DNA from: Chryseobacterium gleum
Lineage (GTDB): Bacteria; Bacteroidota; Bacteroidia; Flavobacteriales_D; Sanyastnellaceae
Reading direction: 5' to 3'
NCBI GenBank assembly: GCA_945869405.1
Contig: CAMBPD010000001.1
Span: 1 to 61,867, forward strand
Length of the DNA: 61,867 nucleotides
Every line of letters begins with the position of its first letter. Within the stretch, counting starts at the first letter, position 1. Positions 53,658 through 61,867 of the stretch are shown piece after piece. Position numbers and translations under genes: made by a program. The notes below the pieces were generated by a model. The model was not told the origin of the DNA and did not search any database. It was given only the letters and a program-made list of their open reading frames with translations.

Positions 53658-56111
53658 ATGTGGGGTAAAATTGGAGCTTTCATATTACGTTATCGCGCCC
53701 CATTGGGGTTAACACTCCTGTTGCTTACGGCCTTCATGGGCTGGCAGACTCAATATGCGCGCATGAGCTACAAGTTCGGTGGAGTGCTTCCCGAAAACGA
53801 CAGCACCTATATTGAATACAGAAGTTTTGTAGATCAATTCAACGAAGATGGCAATGTGCTAGCGATCGGATATCGGGATGAGCGAATTTGGGAATTACCT
53901 AACTTCTTGAAATGGCGCCAGCTCGTTCGCGACTTACAAGCTACCTCGGTTGAAGTAGACGGTCAATCCTACCCAATGGTAGATAGTGTTTTTTCCACCG
54001 GAAATTGCTATAACCTCGTCAAAGACACCCTTCTTCAGCGTTTCGATTTCCAGCAACTTGTCTCTAGCGAGCCCACCTCACAAACTGAGCTCGACTCAAT
54101 TCGCAATCTCCTGTATCAAATCCCATTTTACCAAGGGCTTCTCTTCCAAAAAGACACTGATGCAGGATTGATGATGGTTTTTGTGAATGCAGACCTATTC
54201 AATTCTGAAAACAGAGGAAATGCTGTGGAACGCATGCTGCTCCTCTCCGATCGTTTTTCATCCGATACCGGTATTAAAACATACGTATCCGGCATGCCCT
54301 ATATCCGTTCAGTGATGACGGTTAAGGTCAAAGCAGAGCTTAAATTCTTTACCATCCTTTCCGCTGTCATTTGCATGGCACTGCTGCTCGTGTTTTTCAG
54401 AAGCATGAAAGTGACGCTCGTGGTCATGAGCGTGGTAGTTGTTTCTGTAGTAATTGCCATGGGAAGCATTGCGCTTTTTGATTATCCCATAACGATCCTT
54501 ATGGGATTGATACCGCCGCTCATGATTGTAACGACGGTTCCAAACTGCATTTACCTTGTTACAAAATACCACCAAGAGTATCAGCGCTACGGCAACAAGA
54601 CGCGCGCATTGGCCCGGGTAGTGCAGAAAGCAGGTGCCGCGGCATTCATGATCAACGCCACCACCGCTGTTGGTTTTGCTACGTTCATCTTCACCTCAAG
54701 TGACCTTCTGAAGCATTTTGGTGTTATAGCCAGCCTGAACTGCCTCTTGGCATTTTTTCTTTCGCTGCTCATCTTCCCGATCGTTTATAGTTTTCTACCT
54801 CCACCAAACGAAAGACATCTAGGGCACCTCAACTCGCCATGGCTCGAGAAAATTCTTGATGTGCTCGTGCGCAGTGTGATCTTTCATCGCAAATGGATCT
54901 ACTCCATAACCATAGTGCTCAGCATTGTTAGCGTTTATGGAATCAGCCGCATACACACTACGGGTAATATCGTTGATGACATTCCTGATAGCGATCGAGT
55001 GATAACCGATTTGAAATGGTTTGAAACGAACTTCAATGGCGTTATGCCGTTCGAAATCTTGGTTGACTGCCAAAAGAAAGGACAGATCACTAAAGAAAAA
55101 AACCTTCTGAAAATTGAAGAATTGCAATCTCTGCTGGCGAATTATGAACTAGCGACAAAAGACACGGTCATTCATCCTTTTTCTCGCTCCCTCTCCATTG
55201 TCGACGCTAGCAAATACTTGCGCCAAGCATTCTATATGGGTGATTCAGCCTATTACACGCTCATTCCGCGCGAAGAACAAGCCTTTATTGCTGAATACAT
55301 TGGCAATGATGACCGCGCGGACAAAGGAGTTCAGCGCACATTTTTGGACAGCACAAAACGTCTTGCGCGAATCACCACTCAAGTCGCCGACATTGGAACC
55401 AAGGAAATGGATCGTCTGATGGCCGACATCAAACCCAAAATCGATAGCATTTTCGACCCTCAGAAATACAAAGTGACACTTACCGGAACCTCCGTAGTGT
55501 TTTTGGAAGGAACCAACTATCTCGTGGGCGACTTATTCAGTTCTCTCTTATTTGGGGTTGTCATCATTTCAATTATGATGGCTTTTATGTTCTGGAGCGC
55601 GCGCATGGTGTTCATCTCCTTTATACCCAATATTATCCCTCAAATTATGACGGCAGGCATTATGGGTTTTGTAGGAATACCACTCAAACCATCCACCATT
55701 CTCGTCTTTTCCATAGCGCTCGGAATCACAGTAGACAATACCATTCACTACCTCGCAAAGTATCGTCAAGAATTGAAGTTTCACGACTGGAAAATCAAGG
55801 AGTCTGCATTGTTGGCTATTCGCGAAACCGGAGCAAGTATGGTCTATACCTCGTTGGTATTGTTGTTCGGTTTTGGTTGCTTTGCTGCGAGTGAGTTTGA
55901 GGGCACGAGAGCCTTGGGTGTATTAACTGCGGTAACTCTGTTGGTGGCCATGATTACCAACCTGATGATTCTGCCCGCTCTGTTGCTTTCATTCCAAAAA
56001 CGCATTACCACCAAATCGTTCAAAGAGCCGTTTTTCCAAACACTCGATGAGGAAGACGACCTCTACTATGACGATTGGAGCGTTCGCAAAATTGAACTCG
56101 AAAAAGATTAA
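53658..56111 (+). CDS. RND-superfamily (MMPL/HpnN-like, COG1033-type) membrane exporter
   Basis: Two blocks of about 6 TM helices each follow large soluble loops (..LIPPLMIVTTVPNCIYLVTKY.., ..VFSIALGITVDNTIHYLAKYRQE..). The start is at ATG 53658. Confidence 0.75.
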   Translation: MWGKIGAFILRYRAPLGLTLLLLTAFMGWQTQYARMSYKFGGVLPENDSTYIEYRSFVDQFNEDGNVLAIGYRDERIWELPNFLKWRQLVRDLQATSVEVDGQSYPMVDSVFSTGNCYNLVKDTLLQRFDFQQLVSSEPTSQTELDSIRNLLYQIPFYQGLLFQKDTDAGLMMVFVNADLFNSENRGNAVERMLLLSDRFSSDTGIKTYVSGMPYIRSVMTVKVKAELKFFTILSAVICMALLLVFFRSMKVTLVVMSVVVVSVVIAMGSIALFDYPITILMGLIPPLMIVTTVPNCIYLVTKYHQEYQRYGNKTRALARVVQKAGAAAFMINATTAVGFATFIFTSSDLLKHFGVIASLNCLLAFFLSLLIFPIVYSFLPPPNERHLGHLNSPWLEKILDVLVRSVIFHRKWIYSITIVLSIVSVYGISRIHTTGNIVDDIPDSDRVITDLKWFETNFNGVMPFEILVDCQKKGQITKEKNLLKIEELQSLLANYELATKDTVIHPFSRSLSIVDASKYLRQAFYMGDSAYYTLIPREEQAFIAEYIGNDDRADKGVQRTFLDSTKRLARITTQVADIGTKEMDRLMADIKPKIDSIFDPQKYKVTLTGTSVVFLEGTNYLVGDLFSSLLFGVVIISIMMAFMFWSARMVFISFIPNIIPQIMTAGIMGFVGIPLKPSTILVFSIALGITVDNTIHYLAKYRQELKFHDWKIKESALLAIRETGASMVYTSLVLLFGFGCFAASEFEGTRALGVLTAVTLLVAMITNLMILPALLLSFQKRITTKSFKEPFFQTLDEEDDLYYDDWSVRKIELEKD

Positions 56112-56123
56112 ATTCGCCCTACC

Positions 56124-56993
56124 ATGAAAGGTATAATTCTCGCCGGAGGAAGTGGTACACGATTGTACCCCCTCACACTTGCTGTAAGCAAACAGCTCAT
56201 GCCTGTATTCGATAAGCCGATGATCTACTATCCGCTTTCGACGCTCATGTTGGCTAACATTCGTGACATCCTTATCATATCTACCCCACACGACCTGCCC
56301 GGGTTCCAAAAATTGCTTGGCGACGGGGCGCGATTGGGATGCAACTTCAGCTATCAAGTGCAAGAGGTCCCCAACGGTTTGGCCCAAGCCTTTGTGCTGG
56401 GGGCCGACTTCATTGCCAACGAAAAGGCGGCACTCATTCTTGGCGATAATATTTTCTACGGAAGAGGCCTTGGCGCAATGCTCAGAGAGAACACCTCTAT
56501 GGAAGGCGGCCTTGTATATGCCTACCACGTTAGCGACCCAGAGCGCTATGGTGTAGTAGAGTTCGACGCAAACGGCAAAGCCATAAGTATAGAAGAAAAA
56601 CCCAAACAACCGAAAAGCAGTTACGCGGTTCCTGGTCTCTATTTCTACGACAACGACGTTGTAGATATTGCAAAAAACCTCAAACCCAGCCCTCGCGGTG
56701 AATACGAAATTACTGATGTAAATAGAGAGTACTTGAATAGAGGTAAACTGAAGGTTCAACGCATGGATAGAGGAACAGCCTGGCTCGACACCGGAACATT
56801 TGCTTCACTCATGCAAGCTGGCCAATATGTTCAGGTAATAGAAGAACGACAAGGTTTGAAAATTGGCTGCATTGAGGAAATTGCCTGGCGCATGGGCTTC
56901 ATAGACGATGCGCAGGCCGAACAAATAGCACAACCACTTGTTAATAGTGGTTATGGAAGATACATCCTCGATCAACTCAAAGTCGGTAAGTAG
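56124..56993 (+). CDS. rfbA: glucose-1-phosphate thymidylyltransferase
   Basis: [66 protein letters not shown] match RfbA. Confidence 0.9.
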   Translation: MKGIILAGGSGTRLYPLTLAVSKQLMPVFDKPMIYYPLSTLMLANIRDILIISTPHDLPGFQKLLGDGARLGCNFSYQVQEVPNGLAQAFVLGADFIANEKAALILGDNIFYGRGLGAMLRENTSMEGGLVYAYHVSDPERYGVVEFDANGKAISIEEKPKQPKSSYAVPGLYFYDNDVVDIAKNLKPSPRGEYEITDVNREYLNRGKLKVQRMDRGTAWLDTGTFASLMQAGQYVQVIEERQGLKIGCIEEIAWRMGFIDDAQAEQIAQPLVNSGYGRYILDQLKVGK

Positions 56994-56997
56994 AGAA

Positions 56998-57957
56998 ATG
57001 ACTTCATTGCAACATTTCCAGGACGTCATTCAAAAAAAAATAGACCAATTTTGTTCGGACAATGGCCAAGAGAATATTCTCCAGCCTGTAAACTACATTC
57101 TTGGTTTGGGGGGAAAACGCGTGAGACCTCTTCTCACATTACTCGCTGCCGATTTATTCACTGATGATATCGAGGATGCTATATACCCTGCTCTTGCCAT
57201 TGAGGTGTTTCACAATTTTACTCTCATGCACGACGACATTATGGATAATGCGCCACTGCGCAGGGGCAATGCAACAGTTCATGAAAAATGGAATCGCGAT
57301 GTAGCTATACTCAGCGGTGACGCGATGCTCATTCAAGCCTATCAGCTCATGATTCGGACTCGACCTGACTGTATTGAGCAAGTGATGCAAACGTTCAACA
57401 CAACCGCGTTGGAGGTCTGTCAGGGCCAACAACTAGACATGGATTTTCAGGAACGAAACAATGTAACCATTGAGGAATACATCGCAATGATTCGTCTGAA
57501 AACATCGGTTTTACTGGGAGGCGCAATGAAAATCGGGGCAATTGTGGCTGGTGCGTCCAAAGAAGATCAACAATGCCTTTATGACTTTGCCATTTCTCTC
57601 GGCTTGTCGTTTCAACTTTGGGATGATTACTTGGACACTTTTGGTGACGGAAACAAAACAGGTAAGCAAGTCGGAGGCGATATACTCGCCAACAAGAAAA
57701 CTTTTCTCATGATTCGTGCAATGGAACTTGCCAATGAGGAACAACAGGAGCTGCTCAAAAAAGATTTTACCACGACCAAGAAGGTGGAACTAGTCACTCA
57801 ACTCTTCAAAGACCTTCAACTCGAAGAGGCATTGAAAACCGTAGTAGACGATTATTACACCAAGGCGCTTCAGAGTTTGCAAAACATTCGCATAGCCCCT
57901 CTAAGAAAAGAGAAGATTGTGATGCTTGCAGAGTCTCTTCACCGACGCGAATTCTGA
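56998..57957 (+). CDS. polyprenyl diphosphate synthase family protein
   Basis: GGKRVRPLL is present, with the first Asp-rich motif LMHDDIMD and the second QLWDDYLDTFGD. Chain length cannot be read from the sequence. Confidence 0.8.
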   Translation: MTSLQHFQDVIQKKIDQFCSDNGQENILQPVNYILGLGGKRVRPLLTLLAADLFTDDIEDAIYPALAIEVFHNFTLMHDDIMDNAPLRRGNATVHEKWNRDVAILSGDAMLIQAYQLMIRTRPDCIEQVMQTFNTTALEVCQGQQLDMDFQERNNVTIEEYIAMIRLKTSVLLGGAMKIGAIVAGASKEDQQCLYDFAISLGLSFQLWDDYLDTFGDGNKTGKQVGGDILANKKTFLMIRAMELANEEQQELLKKDFTTTKKVELVTQLFKDLQLEEALKTVVDDYYTKALQSLQNIRIAPLRKEKIVMLAESLHRREF

Positions 57958-57960
57958 GAA

Positions 57961-59817
57961 TTATTTACCGCCCAATCTTTCAAAATGACCGGTTGTAACT
58001 TCTCCATCTGAACGAGTGAAGATGTAGAAATAAACTCCATCTGCATTGTCCTTTGCCCCCCAATTATTCTTGTAGTCTTCGTCTTCGAACACTACAGTGC
58101 CCCAACGGTCAAATACTTGCAGACGACTACCGCGAAATCCCTCAACACCAAAAATTTCGAAGGTATCATTTATTCCATCTCCATTCGGAGTGAATATGTT
58201 TGGAACCTTGGTATCGCAGCGCTGTGTAATGATTGTAGTGACGCCTGATGAAGCACATTGATCTGTGAAAGTCACAGTGTACGTTCCGTAATATTCAGCT
58301 AGGAAAGAATAACTCGAGAGTGAAAGAGAATCCACTGCAAATTCAACACTGTATGGAGGAGCACCAGCACGAGCGAGGTCCTCAGTGCGTTGCCCAAAGC
58401 AATTATAAACAAGAGGCGCTACTACAATTGGTCCGGGTTCAACTACATCAAAATCCGTACTGAACACACTACCACACCAATCACTCATGGCAATAGAATA
58501 ACTTCCCGCATCGCCGCTTTCAAAGGCATGTGTGGTGGTTTGGGTACCATCCCACCACGTGTACCCAAATGGTGGAAAGCCTCCGGAAATTACTGGTGCC
58601 ACAACCGTGTCGTTGTTACAGATATAAACTGTTCTCATATCGACCTGCGGTTGCGTATAATCACGTATTACGATGTTTGTGGTGTCTGAATCTGGCAACC
58701 CCTCAAGGTTTATGAAGTTCATCACGATCTGAACAGTTTCATCTCCCTCGGTAATTCCATCAGCAACTGCAATAATTGGCAAAATCACAGGCTCTCCTTG
58801 CAAGCTCAGGGTTGTGGGTAACAACTCATAATCAAGCCCATTGATAGCTATGCCTGAATACACAAAGTCAACATCCAAAATTTCCGCTGCACACGCAGGG
58901 GGCTGCACGCGCAGTTCTCCATTGAGACAACCCTCGATGAGCACAAAGTCATCTTCAAACGTGCTTGGCGCACCCACCGAGTAGGCCTCTATTCCAGCAC
59001 CAGAAACTTGAAAACTTCCTTCTTCGAAAAGCACAATAGATTTCAATGCATTGTCTGAACCATCCGCAATGGCTAATTTCATATGGTAGGTTTGACCACA
59101 CTGAAGGTCAGAATAAACCCGCAATGAATCGGTATATCCTGTGCACGATACGGTGTTGTTTATAACGTTACCCGGATTATCGATATAGAACTGATTATTC
59201 AACACATTGTTTACGGAAGAAATCGTAATGGGCAAGAAGGGATCACTATTTGGAACCCCCGCAATGTTCTGGGCTCCATCGGGAAAGGCTGCGGGCGATG
59301 CATAGGGTCCTGCGAGACCCGGACCCGAGATTAAAAATGCAAATACGTCGTTGTACTGTGAGTTCACGAAAGTGAGATACTCATCAGAACCAAAAACATA
59401 TTTGAAGGTGAGTATTGGGCCTGAGGCAACGAAATCAAATTCCAGAATCGCCACATCATTTACGTCGCCTACCACGAATGTTTGACCAATCAAGGGGGGG
59501 ACTGAATTGGCAATATCAAGAAGATCCTGCTCTACGTTCACTGGTGCTGTCGGCTCCCCATTAAACGCGCCAGGCATAAAATCTCCAGCATGGCTTGTAC
59601 TCAGGATAATTCCGTTAGCTATTGGGAAATTCCCCGCTGCATTTTGAAAAACACCCAACTGTATGGCGTCACCGGTAAAGGTAATATTGGTTACTTCCAA
59701 ATCGGGGCCTACCAAGGCAGCAACCGCCTCAGCAGGTGTTACCGTTGTAACTGTGACTTGGGCATGAATGGCCGAAAAGGAGAAAACAACTAAAGCAATT
59801 AGTGTATAGATTTTCAT
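57961..59817 (-). CDS. cell-surface protein with an N-terminal choice-of-anchor-L-like domain, Calx-beta-like and SprB-like repeats, and a type-B T9SS (gliding-motility-associated) C-terminal domain
   Basis: The signal peptide is MKIYTLIALVVFSFSAIHAQ. Also present are ..GIILSTSHAGD..YVFGSDEYLTFVNSQYNDVFAFLISGPG.. and ..GGFPPFGYTWWDG... The CTD reads VPNIFTPNGDGINDTFEIFG..LQVFDRWGTVVFE..NNWGAKDNADGVYFYIF. Confidence 0.75.
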   Translation of the reverse strand: MKIYTLIALVVFSFSAIHAQVTVTTVTPAEAVAALVGPDLEVTNITFTGDAIQLGVFQNAAGNFPIANGIILSTSHAGDFMPGAFNGEPTAPVNVEQDLLDIANSVPPLIGQTFVVGDVNDVAILEFDFVASGPILTFKYVFGSDEYLTFVNSQYNDVFAFLISGPGLAGPYASPAAFPDGAQNIAGVPNSDPFLPITISSVNNVLNNQFYIDNPGNVINNTVSCTGYTDSLRVYSDLQCGQTYHMKLAIADGSDNALKSIVLFEEGSFQVSGAGIEAYSVGAPSTFEDDFVLIEGCLNGELRVQPPACAAEILDVDFVYSGIAINGLDYELLPTTLSLQGEPVILPIIAVADGITEGDETVQIVMNFINLEGLPDSDTTNIVIRDYTQPQVDMRTVYICNNDTVVAPVISGGFPPFGYTWWDGTQTTTHAFESGDAGSYSIAMSDWCGSVFSTDFDVVEPGPIVVAPLVYNCFGQRTEDLARAGAPPYSVEFAVDSLSLSSYSFLAEYYGTYTVTFTDQCASSGVTTIITQRCDTKVPNIFTPNGDGINDTFEIFGVEGFRGSRLQVFDRWGTVVFEDEDYKNNWGAKDNADGVYFYIFTRSDGEVTTGHFERLGGK

Positions 59818-59869
59818 AGAACTGGGTTTCATAGTGCTTGACAGCAGGTTTTGATGTTAAGTTGCTTGG

Positions 59870-61867
59870 CTACCTCAATAGTTGCACGTGGCCAGAGCGT
59901 TCGAATGAATTATATCTTTTATCCGTAGCGAGCAAAATAAAGCCATAGATGCCGTCGGGAGCAAAATAATCTCCCCCACGAACCTCGCCGCTCCAAAAAG
60001 TTTCCATATCGCGCGATTCAAAGATCACCTCACCTGCACGATTGAACACCCGGATGTAATAACTCATCAATTCCCTTCCAACAGGCTTCCAAAAATCATT
60101 CACCCCATCAGCATTCGGTGAAAATCCGGAGGGCACAAAAACATCACCTGTAGGCTGGTAGGTCTGTGAAACTTCGCTGTGACATCCGCTAGGCGTATAG
60201 GCATGAAGCGTTGCCTCCCACAGGCCGAGTGTATTAAAACGATGCGAAGGACTTCGTTCATTCGAAATCGATCCATCCGAAAACTCCCAAAAAGAAACCG
60301 CACTGTCGGGCAGTAGGTTTGTGAAGCCCACACTCTCGTCGTCCAAATATGCTGAGGTAAAATTGGGCTCGATATAATCGATAGTTACCGTAACTGTGGC
60401 AACCGCACTATTCCCGCACTCGTCCTCAACATACAGCCTGTAGTTGGTTGGCTGCACTGCATTAATAAATAGTTCAGACTGGTTAGAACCTCCCTCCCAT
60501 GAGAATATGAGCTCACCTACTCCGCCCTGGGCCGTGCCGCTTAGCAGCACTCCATCGAACAGGCATACAAGCGTGTCAGGCGAGGTCAATACTTCAATCG
60601 GAGCCTGGGGTATAACGACCACCATATTGTCTGAACCAATGTTTCCGCATTCATCCTCGACCACAAGGGTTATGGGTGAATCTGCGCCAGTGGTGTAGTT
60701 GATGGTGGTTGCCGTTGAAAAAACGGAGCCATTGATCGTCCATGTATAGTCCAGATTACCTGTACCTCCTGAAACCACAGGCAGTATCGTATTCGTCTCC
60801 AAACAGGTTGAATATAGATCATCAGGCAGAAGTGCTTGAACCGGTGTAGGTGGCACAAGCACCTCAACTTCATCGCTTATAAAATTCCCGCATTCATCAA
60901 CAATCTCAACACGAACAACCGCATCGCTGAAGAAAAAATGATCAAACACCGGAGTATTATTCTGTGAAGCGCCATCTATATACCACTCGTACTGGTATGC
61001 ACCTACTCCACCCGATGGCATTGGAGTATAGACAACTTCCTCGACACAAGTTACAGTTAGATTATCCCCTAAATCAACCACTATGGGCACAGGTGGGACC
61101 TCATAATTAAAGACATCAGACACCGCTATCCCGCAAAGATCCACCACTGTGAAGACCATCTGAACGCTCTCCTCCGAAGAGTAGAACAAATCCGTATTCA
61201 ACGATTCTACAATGCCGTCAACATACCACGCCACCTCATAAGGTGGAAGGCCTCCCGATACCTGAGGTTGAAAGCTCTGAACGTCCAGACAAGTTGCAGT
61301 TAAGTCATCAGAAACATCCACCACCATCGGCGGATTCACAACAAACTCTACCGCAACATTGCCATTGAATGGCAATACGCCACAGGTGTCACTCACCGTG
61401 AATGAATAGGTTGTGGCTTGGGTAGGAAAAACTGTGAAACTTGGGCCTTCGAAACCGCCAGGCCAAACGACTGTGTAATCTCCCAAACCGCCTGCAATAA
61501 CAGGTGTGAATGTTGCTGATTCACCACAATTGATTAGGGCATCTTCCACGCCCACCTCCAAAGCCGGAAGATCATAAACATTGATGATCAAATTGGCGCT
61601 ACTTGCGCCGCATCCCGCATTCTCCATGGTAATTTCGAGCGATTCCACTCCTTCCAATACAAAATCTTGTATGGCTTGAAAAGTAATAACCACTTCGTCC
61701 TCCCCTGCCGGAAAAACAATTTCGTTGTAGGGGAAATTAATATCGCTTCCTATGATTGCATCGCCGCCAAAAGTCAAGCTGTAACTCACCTCAGCATCCA
61801 ATTGCCCAGCCCGTGTAAAAACCAAATCACCGGCTTGACAACCCTCATATACGCCACCATCAATTGG
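59870..61867 (-). CDS. large cell-surface protein (5' end beyond the window) with a Calx-beta-like region, at least five SprB-type repeats, a PKD-like domain and a type-B T9SS C-terminal domain
   Basis: The frame stays open to position 61867 (I translated PIDGGVYEGCQAGD upstream of the ORF-track start). The repeats are GGLGDYTVVWPGG, GGLPPYEVAWYVDG, GGVGAYQYEWYIDG, GGTGNLDYTWTING and GGVGELIFSWEGG. The PKD-like segment is FSDGSISNERSPSHRF. The CTD reads VPSGFSPNADGVNDFWKPVG..IRVFNRAGEVIFE..DGIYGFILLA. Confidence 0.75.
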   Translation of the reverse strand, partial: PIDGGVYEGCQAGDLVFTRAGQLDAEVSYSLTFGGDAIIGSDINFPYNEIVFPAGEDEVVITFQAIQDFVLEGVESLEITMENAGCGASSANLIINVYDLPALEVGVEDALINCGESATFTPVIAGGLGDYTVVWPGGFEGPSFTVFPTQATTYSFTVSDTCGVLPFNGNVAVEFVVNPPMVVDVSDDLTATCLDVQSFQPQVSGGLPPYEVAWYVDGIVESLNTDLFYSSEESVQMVFTVVDLCGIAVSDVFNYEVPPVPIVVDLGDNLTVTCVEEVVYTPMPSGGVGAYQYEWYIDGASQNNTPVFDHFFFSDAVVRVEIVDECGNFISDEVEVLVPPTPVQALLPDDLYSTCLETNTILPVVSGGTGNLDYTWTINGSVFSTATTINYTTGADSPITLVVEDECGNIGSDNMVVVIPQAPIEVLTSPDTLVCLFDGVLLSGTAQGGVGELIFSWEGGSNQSELFINAVQPTNYRLYVEDECGNSAVATVTVTIDYIEPNFTSAYLDDESVGFTNLLPDSAVSFWEFSDGSISNERSPSHRFNTLGLWEATLHAYTPSGCHSEVSQTYQPTGDVFVPSGFSPNADGVNDFWKPVGRELMSYYIRVFNRAGEVIFESRDMETFWSGEVRGGDYFAPDGIYGFILLATDKRYNSFERSGHVQLLR

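Noticed and set aside
55989-56759. 256-aa minus-strand ORF overlapping the RND gene end and most of rfbA
   Set aside because: rfbA on the plus strand is unambiguous ([11 protein letters not shown] and other motifs). The antisense ORF has no signal, motif or plausible start context.
59494-59500. G7 (coding-strand C7) homopolymer inside the choice-of-anchor-L surface protein gene as a phase-variation switch
   Set aside because: Seven residues is below the tract length usually associated with efficient slipped-strand switching, and it simply encodes Pro-Pro. The same reasoning applies to the A9 tract at 57032-57040 inside the essential-looking polyprenyl synthase gene.
1-61867. Search for CRISPR arrays, tRNA/rRNA genes, transposases, integrases, phage genes and toxin-antitoxin or restriction-type defence cassettes
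   Set aside because: I saw no regularly spaced direct repeats and no T-loop-like GTTCGAATC-type sequences in intergenic gaps, which are all shorter than 400 bp. No ORF has transposase, integrase or endonuclease motifs. The PIN domain at 9594-11000 is part of a conserved PhoH fusion, not a VapC toxin. The YwqK-family protein has a signal peptide and no adjacent toxin gene.

Overview
The 61.9-kb window is densely coding (about 52 CDS, no large non-coding gaps) and looks like core chromosome of a Bacteroidota bacterium, probably Flavobacteriia-like. This placement rests on many type IX secretion (T9SS) C-terminal sorting domains, a fused LpxC/FabZ, a fused 2-oxoacid dehydrogenase E1 alpha/beta, BshA, DUF2851, an extended ribosomal protein S16, and TAnnTTTG-type -7 promoter boxes. 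Housekeeping genes recognised from the translations are prfA (partial), aroQ, bshA, recF, ribH, rsmE, rpsP, rimM, aconitase, lpxC-fabZ, lpxA, rpoN, rfbA, cysQ, pdhB and a polyprenyl synthase. I found no rRNA, tRNA, CRISPR array, transposase, integrase or phage gene, and no clear multi-gene defence-type island. The unusual content is single genes or small gene pairs. (1) A five-heme c-type cytochrome carries a type-A T9SS sorting domain. (2) A PNGase F-like protein keeps its catalytic and disulfide motifs but has a roughly 520-aa insertion containing a LamG domain. (3) A Lys-rich, AT-hook-containing histone-like protein has an internal 135/138-bp tandem duplication. (4) galE is interrupted by one in-frame TAA at the conserved DYIHV tyrosine. 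(5) A DUF4301-like protein shows UDP-sugar-pyrophosphorylase signature motifs and sits next to an orphan Hpt protein. (6) A 1204-aa TraB/GumN protein lies directly upstream of recF. (7) A PorE-architecture OmpA protein and six T9SS cargo genes are present, including two tandem type-B cargo genes with no adjacent PorP/SprF gene. All functional calls come from reading motifs in the supplied translations. No database search was run, so family names are recollections that need HMM or BLAST confirmation.
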